Origin: Candidatus Krumholzibacteriales bacterium
GTDB lineage: Bacteria > Krumholzibacteriota > Krumholzibacteriia > Krumholzibacteriales > WJIX01
Direction of reading: 5' to 3'
DNA length: 64,000 nucleotides
Assembly: GCA_046483305.1 (NCBI GenBank)
Contig: JAWODM010000004.1
Span: forward strand, 46,894 to 110,893
Shown here: in pieces, positions 50,102 through 60,004 of the stretch
How the letters are laid out: each line of letters begins with the position of its first letter
Position numbering within the stretch: the stretch's first letter is position 1
Translations under genes and position numbers: made by a program
The notes under the pieces: model-generated
Databases searched by the model: none
Seen by the model: the letters and a program-made list of their open reading frames with translations, nothing else
What the model was told of the DNA's origin: nothing

Positions 50102-51559
50102 ATGGCTGCGGGGATTAAGATTAAAAAGTCAGGAGATTTTCTATGGGAGATAAAATGTGAAGGGGATATGAGGGTTCCGGCCAGGATCTACAGCGACAGA
50201 GAATCAATAGATTTTCTTCTGAAGGAAAGCGAGACCAAGCAGTGGGACGCTCTCCGGCAGATAAAGAACGTCGCCAAACTGCCTGGTATTCAGAAGGCGG
50301 CGCTGGCCATGGCGGATATCCATCCGGGATATGGTTTCCCCATTGGGGGGGTTGGCGCTTTCGATCTTGACGACGGTATTGTGACCCTCGCCGGAGTGGG
50401 GTTTGATATCAACTGCGGAGTCAGGTCCATGGCTGTGGATCTTGGAAAGGAAGATATCATAAGCAGGAAGGAGAGACTGGCGGAAGAGCTGTTCCGCTCG
50501 GTTCCGGCGGGCCTTGGTTCCACCGGGTCCCTGAATCTCTCCGTTCAGGAGATAGACCGGGTGCTGGAAGAGGGAGCCGGCTTTGCTCTGAATAAAGGTT
50601 TCGGGACCAGGGAGGACCTCGAATATATAGAAGAGAACGGGGTAATGGAGGGAGCTGATCCTGCGGCAGTCAGCGCTCATGCAAAGAAAAGGCAATTCAA
50701 GCAGGTAGGAACCCTTGGTTCGGGTAACCATTACCTGGAGGTTCAGTACGTAGACAGCGTTTATTACCGGGAGGCGGCGGAAGCATTCGGCCTGAAAGAA
50801 GATTCGGTGGTGGTAAGTATTCATACGGGAAGCAGGGCGCTGGGTCATCAGATCGGGACTGATTATCAGAGTATTCTCAAGAAAGCCTCTCATAAATACG
50901 GACTGGCCATATATGAAAGGGAGCTGGTGGGAGCGCCCATCGGAAGCCCGGAGGGGAAACGGTATATATCTGCGGTAATTGCCGGAATTAACTGCGCATT
51001 CGCCAACCGCCAGGTGATCGCCGGCCTGGTCAGGAGAGCGTTCGATAGAATTTATTCTGTGGGGGAATCCGGTATCAGTACCATATATGAAGTCGGACAC
51101 AATAATCTCAAGTTTGAAAAACACCTGATAGACGGAACCGAAAAGAAAGTTCTGGTACATCGCAAGGGGGCTACCAGGGCATTCGGGCCTGGTAGAGAAG
51201 AAGTGCCGGAAAAATACCGGCAGGTGGGGCATCCGGTACTGGTGGGGGGTACCATGGGGACCTCCTCGTATATTCTTACCGGGACCGGGAAAGGGATGAG
51301 GGAGACTTTCGGAAGCGCGGTACACGGAGCTGGAAGGCTGAAATCGCGCAAGCAGGCCAGGAAGGATGTCTGGGGGGAAGACCTGATAAATAATCTGGGA
51401 AAGGAAGGCATACTGATAAGAGTTCACAGTAAGGCCGGGGCCGCCGAAGAGGCGCCGGGTGCCTATAAGGATGTGGACAGGGTAGTTAATATCATGGAAG
51501 GGGCCGGGGTTAACAGAAGGGTGGTAAGGCTGAAACCGCTGATCTGTATTAAGGGTTAG
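50102..51559 (+). CDS. rtcB: RtcB-family RNA ligase
   Basis: DIHPGYGFPIGG, GFDINCG, GTLGSGNHY, HTGSR, HN, HRKGAT, HGAGR, EEAPGAYK. Confidence 0.95.
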   Translation: MAAGIKIKKSGDFLWEIKCEGDMRVPARIYSDRESIDFLLKESETKQWDALRQIKNVAKLPGIQKAALAMADIHPGYGFPIGGVGAFDLDDGIVTLAGVGFDINCGVRSMAVDLGKEDIISRKERLAEELFRSVPAGLGSTGSLNLSVQEIDRVLEEGAGFALNKGFGTREDLEYIEENGVMEGADPAAVSAHAKKRQFKQVGTLGSGNHYLEVQYVDSVYYREAAEAFGLKEDSVVVSIHTGSRALGHQIGTDYQSILKKASHKYGLAIYERELVGAPIGSPEGKRYISAVIAGINCAFANRQVIAGLVRRAFDRIYSVGESGISTIYEVGHNNLKFEKHLIDGTEKKVLVHRKGATRAFGPGREEVPEKYRQVGHPVLVGGTMGTSSYILTGTGKGMRETFGSAVHGAGRLKSRKQARKDVWGEDLINNLGKEGILIRVHSKAGAAEEAPGAYKDVDRVVNIMEGAGVNRRVVRLKPLICIKG

Positions 51560-51588
51560 ATTAACCTGGCGGCAGGCAGGAGTTTGAA

Positions 51589-52074
51589 ATGAGAATAGGC
51601 AATTACGGATTTATCGAAACAGATATAGGGATTATCCGGGTGACCGCCGGTCCCGGCGGAGTGTCCGGTGTGCATTTTATGGATGAAATGTTGGATCCTG
51701 ATGTAATGAAGAAGGACGGGACAGAAGAGATAAACCTCTCCGAATGCCTGAGGCAGCTTCAGGAATATTTCGGCGGCGAACGAACCGAATTCGATCTGAA
51801 GCTGCAACCGGAAGGAACCGCTTTTCAGAGGGAGGTCTGGAATGAACTTCTTAAGATACCCTATGCCGGTACGGTTTCTTACGGCTATATAGCCGAAAAG
51901 CTGGGGAGGCCCGGAGCGGCCAGAGCGGTGGGCAGAGCTAATTCAGTCAATCCCATAGCGGTAATCATACCATGCCACAGGGTGATCGGCGCAGACGGCA
52001 GCCTTACCGGGTACGCAGCGGGCCTGGACCGGAAGAGGTACCTGCTGCAAATGGAAAAGGAGAGGACAATTTAA
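51589..52074 (+). CDS. ogt: Methylated-DNA--protein-cysteine methyltransferase
   Basis: GTAFQ, ARAVG, IPCHRV. Confidence 0.93.
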   Translation: MRIGNYGFIETDIGIIRVTAGPGGVSGVHFMDEMLDPDVMKKDGTEEINLSECLRQLQEYFGGERTEFDLKLQPEGTAFQREVWNELLKIPYAGTVSYGYIAEKLGRPGAARAVGRANSVNPIAVIIPCHRVIGADGSLTGYAAGLDRKRYLLQMEKERTI

Positions 52075-52086
52075 CCGGAACGGATA

Positions 52087-53682
52087 TTACTTTTCCTCCA
52101 GCGGTTCCCACTCCGCCGCCGTGAAGAACCTGACCTCGCATTTACCTTCGGTAACCCATTTATTCATATGGTTATAGCTCCAATCGAGATATTCCGAATT
52201 CCCGCCCCCCTCGGTGGTTATCAGGAAACGGTTGGATATCCCCCCGAAACCTTCGCCCTGCCTGGCCGGATATTCACTGTCCCCCGCGTTTGCGTCAACC
52301 GGGATCCATCCATAACCGGGAAGATATATTTCATTCCATCGGTGAAAGACTTCGTCATAGCTGGCCCGGTCTCCTCTGACCACCAGGGAGCCCACGTAGC
52401 GGGCCGGAACTCCGGCAGCCCTGCAAAGCGCCACGTAAGAAAAGGTATATTCGCTGCAGGAGCCGGTCCCCCTTTTAAGTACAGTGGGCGCGGTGTTCCA
52501 GCCGCCTGCCAGCTCGTACTCCATATTTTCAATAAGGTACTGGTAGAGGCTCCTGGCTTTTCGGTATATATTCTTCTCATCTCCCACCACCCTGTCTACC
52601 AGGCCCCGGATATAAGGGTTCTCTATATCATATTTGTCCTCGTCGGCCAGGTACCTTTTTCTGATTTCACGGGGAATATCAGTTCCCACCTTTTCAGGGT
52701 ATATGAAATATCTGATAGCTGAAGTTTCGATCTCAGCACGCATGGTAACTTCAAAGGAACTGCCCGGGCCGAGGTCTTCGGCATGGAAATTGGCCACCTT
52801 CTGGTCCCAGCTGTCCATTATGAATCTGGCGGGCTCGGGCGAGAAGAACACCTCCCTGAGTAGTTTCTGGTTATTCCTTTCCGAGGGGACGGCGAAGAAA
52901 ATATCCAGCGACTTCACTTTTCCAGGCCCGGTCGCTACCGCTTCGGTACTGAATGTAACGCTCGCTCTTCTATTGTCATAGGTAGTGAAATTGCTCTCAT
53001 CCTCGCAAACAAGTTCGAAGATCATGTCTTTCTGGTAATCGGTATTTACCAGGTACTGATCCCGGGAAGCGAGCCCCCAGCTGAAAGGGCCAGGAGAATC
53101 CAGAATAATGATTACCCATCCGGTTTCCGGATCTATCATATAAATTTTGTCACTAACCCTGTCGGAGCACCAGAGATAACCCCGGTGGAAAACAATGCCC
53201 CTGGGGTCGCCGGCGGGAGCCGGAAAAGAGGTTATGGTGGTCCCGTCACCGGGTGATATTTTAAGAATCTTATCGCTGCGGTTGTCACAGATCCAGATAT
53301 AATCACCCTCCCAGGTTATCCCTGTGGGAGAGGGAGTGGGAGAATCTATGGTCCGGACATGACGCCCGCTCTCAGGATCCGTGGCGTATATCTTTCCGCT
53401 TCCCGGATCGGTATTCCATAGCAGCTTTCCGTGAAAAGCCAGTCCCGAAGGAAAATAGGCGGGAGAGGTGATGGAGGCGGCTATTCCCCCTCCTTCCGGA
53501 TCTATCGCAAAGAATTTATCTTCGGTTCTGTCGGCAACCCAGTACTGTTTACCATCCCAGGTGATCCCGGTGAGGTGGCTCAGGCCCGGGTCGATTCTAT
53601 TGCTGATATCGCCGGGAACCGCCTTCAGGGGGGCCGCCAGGAACCAGACAAGAAGCGCACAAATGATAATTCTCATAACCAT
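52087..53682 (-). CDS. Secreted beta-propeller + transglutaminase-like domain protein
   Basis: Signal peptide; repeated 'P.G(I/L).(W/F).G..(L/I)W..D' blades; triad GSCSEY / HRWNE / GWIPVD. Confidence 0.85.
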   Translation of the reverse strand: MVMRIIICALLVWFLAAPLKAVPGDISNRIDPGLSHLTGITWDGKQYWVADRTEDKFFAIDPEGGGIAASITSPAYFPSGLAFHGKLLWNTDPGSGKIYATDPESGRHVRTIDSPTPSPTGITWEGDYIWICDNRSDKILKISPGDGTTITSFPAPAGDPRGIVFHRGYLWCSDRVSDKIYMIDPETGWVIIILDSPGPFSWGLASRDQYLVNTDYQKDMIFELVCEDESNFTTYDNRRASVTFSTEAVATGPGKVKSLDIFFAVPSERNNQKLLREVFFSPEPARFIMDSWDQKVANFHAEDLGPGSSFEVTMRAEIETSAIRYFIYPEKVGTDIPREIRKRYLADEDKYDIENPYIRGLVDRVVGDEKNIYRKARSLYQYLIENMEYELAGGWNTAPTVLKRGTGSCSEYTFSYVALCRAAGVPARYVGSLVVRGDRASYDEVFHRWNEIYLPGYGWIPVDANAGDSEYPARQGEGFGGISNRFLITTEGGGNSEYLDWSYNHMNKWVTEGKCEVRFFTAAEWEPLEEK

Positions 53683-53986
53683 CTCCTTTTATCTTTCTCA
53701 AATTGAAAAGTTTATCAAACAGCCTGAGGATTCCATAGCTGCTGATATTTTAGTATATCGGCAGAAGGCGGGTCAATATTAATTATCATGACCGTTGCCC
53801 GCTGTTTCTGATGGACAGTTATCTTGAGCAATCGCAATTCACTTGTAAGATAACGGTTTGAAATAGCCTGATCAGGTTGTATAATAAATTGTGCAGCAGG
53901 TTGAATTATTGAAAGGCCGATGCCTGAATTAAACGTGGCCGGGAAATAATCAACAGTGAGTTATCATATCAGATGGAGCTTCCGGA

Positions 53987-55699
53987 GTGAAACCGCGGCT
54001 TATTTTCATATCCATAGTCCTGCCGTTAATTCTGGCCTTCGAGCCGGTTCTGAGTTCGGCATCCGAGGCCGGTCCAGCCGGCATATCGGGAGTGTGCTCA
54101 AGCGGGGGAGTGGTGGTTTCAGCCTCCAGCGAAGCAACCGAAGCTGGAGTAAGGATACTCAATGATGGAGGAACCGCCATGGATGCCGCCGTAGCGGTTG
54201 GCTTTGCGCTGGCGGTCGCCTATCCAAGAGCGGGGAATCTGGGCGGGGGCGGGTTCATGCTGATTCGTGAAGCGGACGGTGAAGAGAACTTTATAGATTT
54301 CAGGGAAAAGGCCCCCCTTGCCTCAAGCCGTGATATGTATCTGGACCAGAATGGCGATGTTATTGAAGGCCTGAGCACCAGGGGGTATAAAGCTTCGGGA
54401 GTTCCGGGTACCGTCGCCGGCCTGAGCCTCGCTCACCGCGGATTCTGCAGAATCCGCTGGGAATCGCTTCTTGCTCCGGCGATAAATCTTGCCGAAAACG
54501 GATTTGCCCTCAATAAGGAGACAGCCAAGTCGATCAACAGACTGCTGACTGAATACGGGGAGGATTTTCCGGGGTTGCGGAAATTTCATGCGGGAAGCGG
54601 GGATAAGGCTAAGGAAGGAAACAGGCTTTGCCAGCCTGAGCTTGCCGCAACTCTGCGGAGATTATCAGAGAAGGGCGGCAGAGAATTTTACCGTGGAGAG
54701 ACCGCAAGGCTGATTGTTGATGAGATGAAAAGGGGAGGGGGCCTGATCACCCTTGAAGACCTGAAAAATTACAGCGCTGAAATCAGAAAGCCGGTTTCCG
54801 GCCTCTACAGGGGACACCGTATTATATCAGCCCCTCCACCCAGTTCCGGGGGAACGGTACTACTGGAGATACTCAATATATTGGAGGGTTATCCCCTGTC
54901 CGGCTACGGGCCGTTATCTGAAGAAGCAGTCCATCTGATGGTGGAAGCCGAGAGGATCGCCTACCGGGACAGAGCCAGGTATCTTGGTGACGCGGATTAC
55001 GTGGAAGTCCCCGTAACTGAACTTATATCAAAATCTTATGGATCAAGAATGAGAGAAGCCATTAATCCTGATTCTGCCGGTTCCAGTGAGATGAAAAATC
55101 ACTGGAAGGAAAACTCAGAGACTACCCACTATTCCGTAATTGACAGGTTTGGCAACGCCGTTTCCGCCACTATAACCCTTAATGGGAGTTATGGATCCAA
55201 GGTAGTAGTCAGAGGAGCCGGTTTCCTGATGAATAACGAGATGGACGATTTCTCGATGAAGCCGGGAGTTCCCAATATGTACGGGCTGGTCGGAGGCAGG
55301 GCCAATGAAATTGCTCCCGGGAAAAGGATGCTGAGCTCAATGGCTCCCACCATAGTTATAAGGGATGGCCGGGTGTTCATGGTTCTGGGGAGCCCGGGGG
55401 GATCCACCATAATTACTTCGGTGGCCCAGGTGATAATTAACATCCTGGACTTCGGGATGGAGCCGGGAGATGCCGTGAGCTGGCCCAGGTTCCATCACCA
55501 GTATCTCCCCGACTTAATATACCATGAGGATGGAGCATTTACAGACCGGCTGGAGAAACAACTGAAGAACAGAGGCCACAAAATTAAAGCCAGGCCTCCT
55601 ATAGGTGATATTCAGCTGATTATCAGACAGGGAGGCACCGCCTGCGGATACACCGATCCAAGGCTGTATGGAAGCGCCGCTGCCGGCGGAAGTAGCTGA
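53987..55699 (+). CDS. ggt: Gamma-glutamyltransferase
   Basis: GNLGGGGF, DFREKAP, ETTHYS (catalytic Thr), NNEMDDF, LSSMAP, GSPGG. Confidence 0.95.
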   Translation: MKPRLIFISIVLPLILAFEPVLSSASEAGPAGISGVCSSGGVVVSASSEATEAGVRILNDGGTAMDAAVAVGFALAVAYPRAGNLGGGGFMLIREADGEENFIDFREKAPLASSRDMYLDQNGDVIEGLSTRGYKASGVPGTVAGLSLAHRGFCRIRWESLLAPAINLAENGFALNKETAKSINRLLTEYGEDFPGLRKFHAGSGDKAKEGNRLCQPELAATLRRLSEKGGREFYRGETARLIVDEMKRGGGLITLEDLKNYSAEIRKPVSGLYRGHRIISAPPPSSGGTVLLEILNILEGYPLSGYGPLSEEAVHLMVEAERIAYRDRARYLGDADYVEVPVTELISKSYGSRMREAINPDSAGSSEMKNHWKENSETTHYSVIDRFGNAVSATITLNGSYGSKVVVRGAGFLMNNEMDDFSMKPGVPNMYGLVGGRANEIAPGKRMLSSMAPTIVIRDGRVFMVLGSPGGSTIITSVAQVIINILDFGMEPGDAVSWPRFHHQYLPDLIYHEDGAFTDRLEKQLKNRGHKIKARPPIGDIQLIIRQGGTACGYTDPRLYGSAAAGGSS

Positions 55700-55713
55700 A
55701 AAAGGAGATTATC

Positions 55714-56478
55714 ATGTTAAGATTTAAAATTCTGGCTGTATTGTTGATTCTGACGGCGGTCATTGCCGTTGATGCCCGCTCCCAGGAACTGGATCCGTTC
55801 AGGATCAAGCAGATGTTCGAACCTTTTCCCAATGTCCAGGTGGTCCCGCTTGATAATGGGAATGCCTGGGGGATGATGTACGCGGATGTATACGGCAAGA
55901 TCTACCTCAAGAGGGCCACCGAAAACGGATGGAAGAGAGAATGGGAACTTACCAGCCTCGGTTCAAAGATAAAAAGGTTCTTCGTTCTGGATCTGGATGG
56001 CAATGGTATAATCGAAATAGTTGTAGCGACCACCGGCGGAAAGATACTGATCTATGAAATGGAGAGTTACAGCAACGTATGGGAAAATGTCGAGATGGAT
56101 TTCAAGGAGATAACCGCCATTGAGATAGCAAACGTGGATGATGACCCTCAGTATGAATTTATAGTGCTGGCGGATAACACTATAACCATAATAGACGGGT
56201 TAAACAAGAATCAGCAGTGGATCAGCGGCAGGGAGTTCAAGGCGGATGAGATGCTGGTGGACAACGTGGACGAAGATGAGCAGAAGGAGATAGTTCTTAA
56301 TACCGGGATAGTTATTGATTCGAAATTTTACAATGTTGAACTTGAGTGGCATAAGGCCTTCGGAGAGAGAATCATTGCATATGATATAAATAATGACGGG
56401 ATTAAGGATATAATAGGCGAATTCTCCGATTATTCCATCAGGGTGTTTGACGTGAAGGCGAGAAGAGAGGTCTGGTAA
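55714..56478 (+). CDS. Secreted protein with FG-GAP-like Ca-binding repeats
   Basis: Signal peptide; DLDGNG, NVDDD, NVDED and DINNDG motifs. Confidence 0.65.
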   Translation: MLRFKILAVLLILTAVIAVDARSQELDPFRIKQMFEPFPNVQVVPLDNGNAWGMMYADVYGKIYLKRATENGWKREWELTSLGSKIKRFFVLDLDGNGIIEIVVATTGGKILIYEMESYSNVWENVEMDFKEITAIEIANVDDDPQYEFIVLADNTITIIDGLNKNQQWISGREFKADEMLVDNVDEDEQKEIVLNTGIVIDSKFYNVELEWHKAFGERIIAYDINNDGIKDIIGEFSDYSIRVFDVKARREVW

Positions 56479-56546
56479 GCAGCAACCATAAAAATACGTA
56501 AATTTTCAGAATTTTCAGAATAATTCTTTAAAAAACCTTTTGTTCT

Positions 56547-56555
56547 TGTTATAAT
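56547..56555 (+). promoter_or_regulatory. Extended -10 promoter element
   Basis: TGTTATAAT in an AT-rich gap upstream of the paralogue pair. Confidence 0.5.
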
Positions 56556-56612
56556 AGCCGAACCGAGGAAATATTACAGTGGAAATGCATTCAGAAAAAG
56601 GGGGCGATCGAA

Positions 56613-57317
56613 TTGAAGAATCTGTTAATGGGGGTTTTTGTTCTAATTATATCCACACTCTTGTTGTCAGCCGGAGATAACGCCAGCGCGCAGAAGATAC
56701 ATTTCTCCCTCCAGGGCAACGGTTCCTTTATGGATTCACCGCCGAGGTGGAGCGGTGAAATAATCGGGGGAGAATTCAGCGGGGGAACCTTCTGGATTGA
56801 GTTTGACGACACTAACTGGCCGGACGATGACCCGGGAACAACCGATAATGAGAGATGGGATTATATCTTCAGCACATATTTCAACTACGATGATACGGCG
56901 GGCGCCGAATGCTGGGACGGTACCCTGCCGGACAAGAGCCTCGGAGATATGGACGCTTTCTGGAGGTTCTACACCGCAGAGGGAGATACCCTCGGAGGAA
57001 CGGTTGCCAGTTTCAGAATAATTATCGGAGACAACAACGCCAACGGCATCATGGAAGATACTGAATATGAAATGAAATCGATCTCCGGGATTCTGGTTTC
57101 CTGGATCAATTTCAGCGCGGGATGTTACGAGAGCCTCTGCGGCTGGGGAAGCTTCTCCGGAGAGCTGAGCATGGTTGATGATCTAACCTGGGATGAAGTG
57201 CTGTATGTTCCCTCAGCCACAGACCCGATTGGACATTTGGAGCTCAGCGATTCGGGATGTAATACCGACAGCGAGAAATCATCCTGGGGCGCGGTTAAAT
57301 CGATTTACAGAGATTAA
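56613..57317 (+). CDS. Secreted acidic hypothetical protein with C-terminal SWGAVKSIYR motif
   Basis: Signal peptide ending ASA; paralogous to the next gene; TTG start. Confidence 0.75.
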   Translation: MKNLLMGVFVLIISTLLLSAGDNASAQKIHFSLQGNGSFMDSPPRWSGEIIGGEFSGGTFWIEFDDTNWPDDDPGTTDNERWDYIFSTYFNYDDTAGAECWDGTLPDKSLGDMDAFWRFYTAEGDTLGGTVASFRIIIGDNNANGIMEDTEYEMKSISGILVSWINFSAGCYESLCGWGSFSGELSMVDDLTWDEVLYVPSATDPIGHLELSDSGCNTDSEKSSWGAVKSIYRD

Positions 57318-57354
57318 TATTATAATTTATTTATGAAAAGGGGAGGAATTTGAC

Positions 57355-58029
57355 ATGAAAGAACGGTTAACTGCATCGGGATTATGCATTGTTTGTATTC
57401 TCGCACTTCTGCCTCTGTCTGCTATCGCACAGACATGGCCGGACAGCCTGGACCTTCAGTTTGATTTTGAGGGTTTCGGGAATATAATAATGGATTCTCC
57501 GCCGGTTTACTCCGGAGATATCACTGACGGCGCGCCGGAGGTCAACGGCGGCGCCTGGCAGGTAAGCATTGATGATTCAGGATGGCCGCCCGCCAGCGAC
57601 CCGGAAACCAGGTGGAATTATATATTCAATAATTACTTTACCTATATCGGTTACGGATGGCTGGGTGAGTTTGACGGGACCAACCTGCCGGAAAAACCGC
57701 ACTGGGATATAACCCACCCCACAAACGGAACGATGGAAGGAACCCTGGTTGTATCGATGGTTTATCCTGACGGTAATATGAACGGCGTTCTGGATATTGA
57801 AGAGAGAATGTGCGGTGAGTTCTCCGGGACCATGATGGTTATGAAATACGGGACCGGCAACTTCGCCAAGTACTGCGGAGACGGATCATATAACGGTTCT
57901 CTTGAGAATTCGGACCCGGCCAATTACGTGGACGATTTTGTTTACGGCCACTGCACCATGAACCTTTTCGACTGCAGTATAGATACGGAAACAAAGAGCT
58001 GGAGTGCGATAAAGAGTTTTTACAGGTAA
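57355..58029 (+). CDS. Secreted acidic hypothetical protein with C-terminal SWSAIKSFYR motif
   Basis: Signal peptide ending AIA; shares MDSPP, RWxYIF, DxNxNG and CGxGS with the previous gene; GGAGG RBS. Confidence 0.8.
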   Translation: MKERLTASGLCIVCILALLPLSAIAQTWPDSLDLQFDFEGFGNIIMDSPPVYSGDITDGAPEVNGGAWQVSIDDSGWPPASDPETRWNYIFNNYFTYIGYGWLGEFDGTNLPEKPHWDITHPTNGTMEGTLVVSMVYPDGNMNGVLDIEERMCGEFSGTMMVMKYGTGNFAKYCGDGSYNGSLENSDPANYVDDFVYGHCTMNLFDCSIDTETKSWSAIKSFYR

Positions 58030-58032
58030 AAC

Positions 58033-58713
58033 TCATTTTTGCCTGAATCCTATAGATATGCGGACCCACATGGGGGAGTTCTTTCCGTTCTTCTTCCCCG
58101 GGATGAATCTTATATTTCTGGCGGATTCAACAGCCTTTCTGTTAAGCAGTTCTGAGGGGAGCCCTTCCAGAATACGGACTTGATCAACATCTCCTTCTAC
58201 ATTCACCAGTAGCTCAAGCTTAACCTGGCCCTGATACTTTTTTTCGATCTCTTCCGGATAGGATGGCCATGGAATAAACAGAGGTTTCGGTCTGGTAACC
58301 GCTTCGGTACCGGAGCTCACGCTGCCTGCTCCGCTATCGCCCTGTATAAGGCCCTCCAGGGAAGGAACACCCGGAGGCGGTTCCCCGTATTCCAGTTCTG
58401 CCGGCTGATCAGGTTCTTCAGCCTGTTCAGTTTCCTGCTCCCGCTTTCTTGCTTCCTTCCTGAGGTTCTCTCCGGTATTTATGACCTTAAAACCCTCTCC
58501 CGTCCTTATATATGATGTGGATGGGGAGGAGTCTCCGGAGCCCTGGCCGATCCCTTTCCATTCAAAGACCTTGAGGTATTCTGTCTTGAATAAGAGGAAA
58601 AAGGTCAGGTGTGCCAGGACCGCAATCGATATTATGAAAATCCAGCCCTTCGGTTCTCTCCGGTGCCTGGAAATTTTATGTTGATTAGAATTATTCATTG
58701 GATGTATTTTCAT
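58033..58713 (-). CDS. tonB: TonB-family energy transducer
   Basis: N-terminal TM with 'AVLAH', Pro/Glu linker, C-domain 'PSYP...GQVKLELLVNVEG...FIPGK'. Start uncertain (58713 or 58698). Confidence 0.75.
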   Translation of the reverse strand: MKIHPMNNSNQHKISRHRREPKGWIFIISIAVLAHLTFFLLFKTEYLKVFEWKGIGQGSGDSSPSTSYIRTGEGFKVINTGENLRKEARKREQETEQAEEPDQPAELEYGEPPPGVPSLEGLIQGDSGAGSVSSGTEAVTRPKPLFIPWPSYPEEIEKKYQGQVKLELLVNVEGDVDQVRILEGLPSELLNRKAVESARNIRFIPGKKNGKNSPMWVRISIGFRQK

Positions 58714-58810
58714 TAATGATAATAACTGCATTTCGGTGTTGAAATCTGTTTCAATTAGAAGTATAAAGGTTTAAAAAGACATAAGCAATCCGAATAAGCA
58801 GGGAGCTGAT

Positions 58811-59434
58811 TTGATCTCCAGAGATGATGTAACGGTACCCAATTTCATAACTGTAATGAGAATAGCAGCCGCCGTGGCAGCCGCATTCATGTTTATGAAT
58901 AATATCAGGGAGGACCTTGCGGCCTTTCTTTGTATAGGGGCCAGTATTCTGGATTATTTCGACGGATGGTATGCCCGCAGATTCAATCAGAAAACAAAAC
59001 TTGGAGCCCATCTGGACCCTTTCGCGGATAAGGTTCTGATATCAATCATTCTGGTTGTGCTGGCATTTGAGCTTGAATCAGGCTGGTTCACCCTGTTTGT
59101 AGCGATAATTCTGGCCCGGGAGATCATAATTACCATCTACCGGATGTTCATCAGAAAAAGGTATCGCCGGTATATTCATGCGAGCCTCCTCGGCAAGATC
59201 AAAACAACGGCCCAGAGTATTGTGGGGGATATTCTGTTATTCTATATTTTCGTCAGATCCGGAGACCCGTCGCAGCATTCCACTATTATTTTCATAGCGA
59301 TGGCACTGATTGTATTCATAACCGTGGATTCCGGGCTGAGATATATACTTCCAAACTGTTCAGACGGCAAGAAGAGGTCTGTCATAGAGAGAGTTTATCA
59401 GTGGATACATGGTCTTTGTACCAGCAAAGTCTGA
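58811..59434 (+). CDS. pgsA: CDP-alcohol phosphatidyltransferase (PgsA-like)
   Basis: PNFITVMR, DYFDGWYAR, GAHLDPFADK, LGKIKT. Confidence 0.8.
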   Translation: MISRDDVTVPNFITVMRIAAAVAAAFMFMNNIREDLAAFLCIGASILDYFDGWYARRFNQKTKLGAHLDPFADKVLISIILVVLAFELESGWFTLFVAIILAREIIITIYRMFIRKRYRRYIHASLLGKIKTTAQSIVGDILLFYIFVRSGDPSQHSTIIFIAMALIVFITVDSGLRYILPNCSDGKKRSVIERVYQWIHGLCTSKV

Positions 59435-59470
59435 TAATTACGAATAGCAGCAGGCAGGGAGGGTTAAAGA

Positions 59471-59995
59471 ATGGATTTATACGATGCGATCAGGAACAGA
59501 GTAAGCACAAGAAAATACAGGCCGGACCCGGTACCCGAGGATTCTCTCAACAATATTCTGGAAGCGGCCAGAATGGCTCCTTCGGGGAAGAACGGCCAGC
59601 CCTGGAGATTCATCGTGGTCAGAGACAGAAATAGCAGGAAAAAGCTGATGTCGGCCTGCAAGGGACAGAAATATATATATGAAGCGCCTGTTGTTATCGC
59701 CGCATGCGGTTATGAGAAGTATGCCTATCAGAAGATGGGAGGCTACTGGAACAGCCTGCCGGTTGACGTTGGGATAGCGATGGAACACCTGGTGCTGGCC
59801 GCGGAGGCTGAAGGTCTGGGCACCTGCTGGATAGGGGCTTTCATGGAAGAAGAAGTCAGGGAGATACTTGGCGTTCCCGGGGAGGTCAAGATTGTGGCTC
59901 TAACTCCTCTGGGTTATCCGGAAGGCGAAAGGACCCATACCGGGAGGAAGAAGCTGGAAGATATTGTAATGTACGAGAAGTGGGAAAAAGAATAA
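59471..59995 (+). CDS. Nitroreductase family protein
   Basis: RVSTRKY, APSGKNGQPW, GLGTCWIG, LGYP. Confidence 0.92.
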   Translation: MDLYDAIRNRVSTRKYRPDPVPEDSLNNILEAARMAPSGKNGQPWRFIVVRDRNSRKKLMSACKGQKYIYEAPVVIAACGYEKYAYQKMGGYWNSLPVDVGIAMEHLVLAAEAEGLGTCWIGAFMEEEVREILGVPGEVKIVALTPLGYPEGERTHTGRKKLEDIVMYEKWEKE

Positions 59996-60004
59996 AGCAG
60001 GTCT

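Noticed and set aside
50204..51427. Long antisense ORFs (also 5063-6091, 41794-42876, 13156-14007)
   Set aside because: Shadows of well-supported sense genes; no recognisable motifs.
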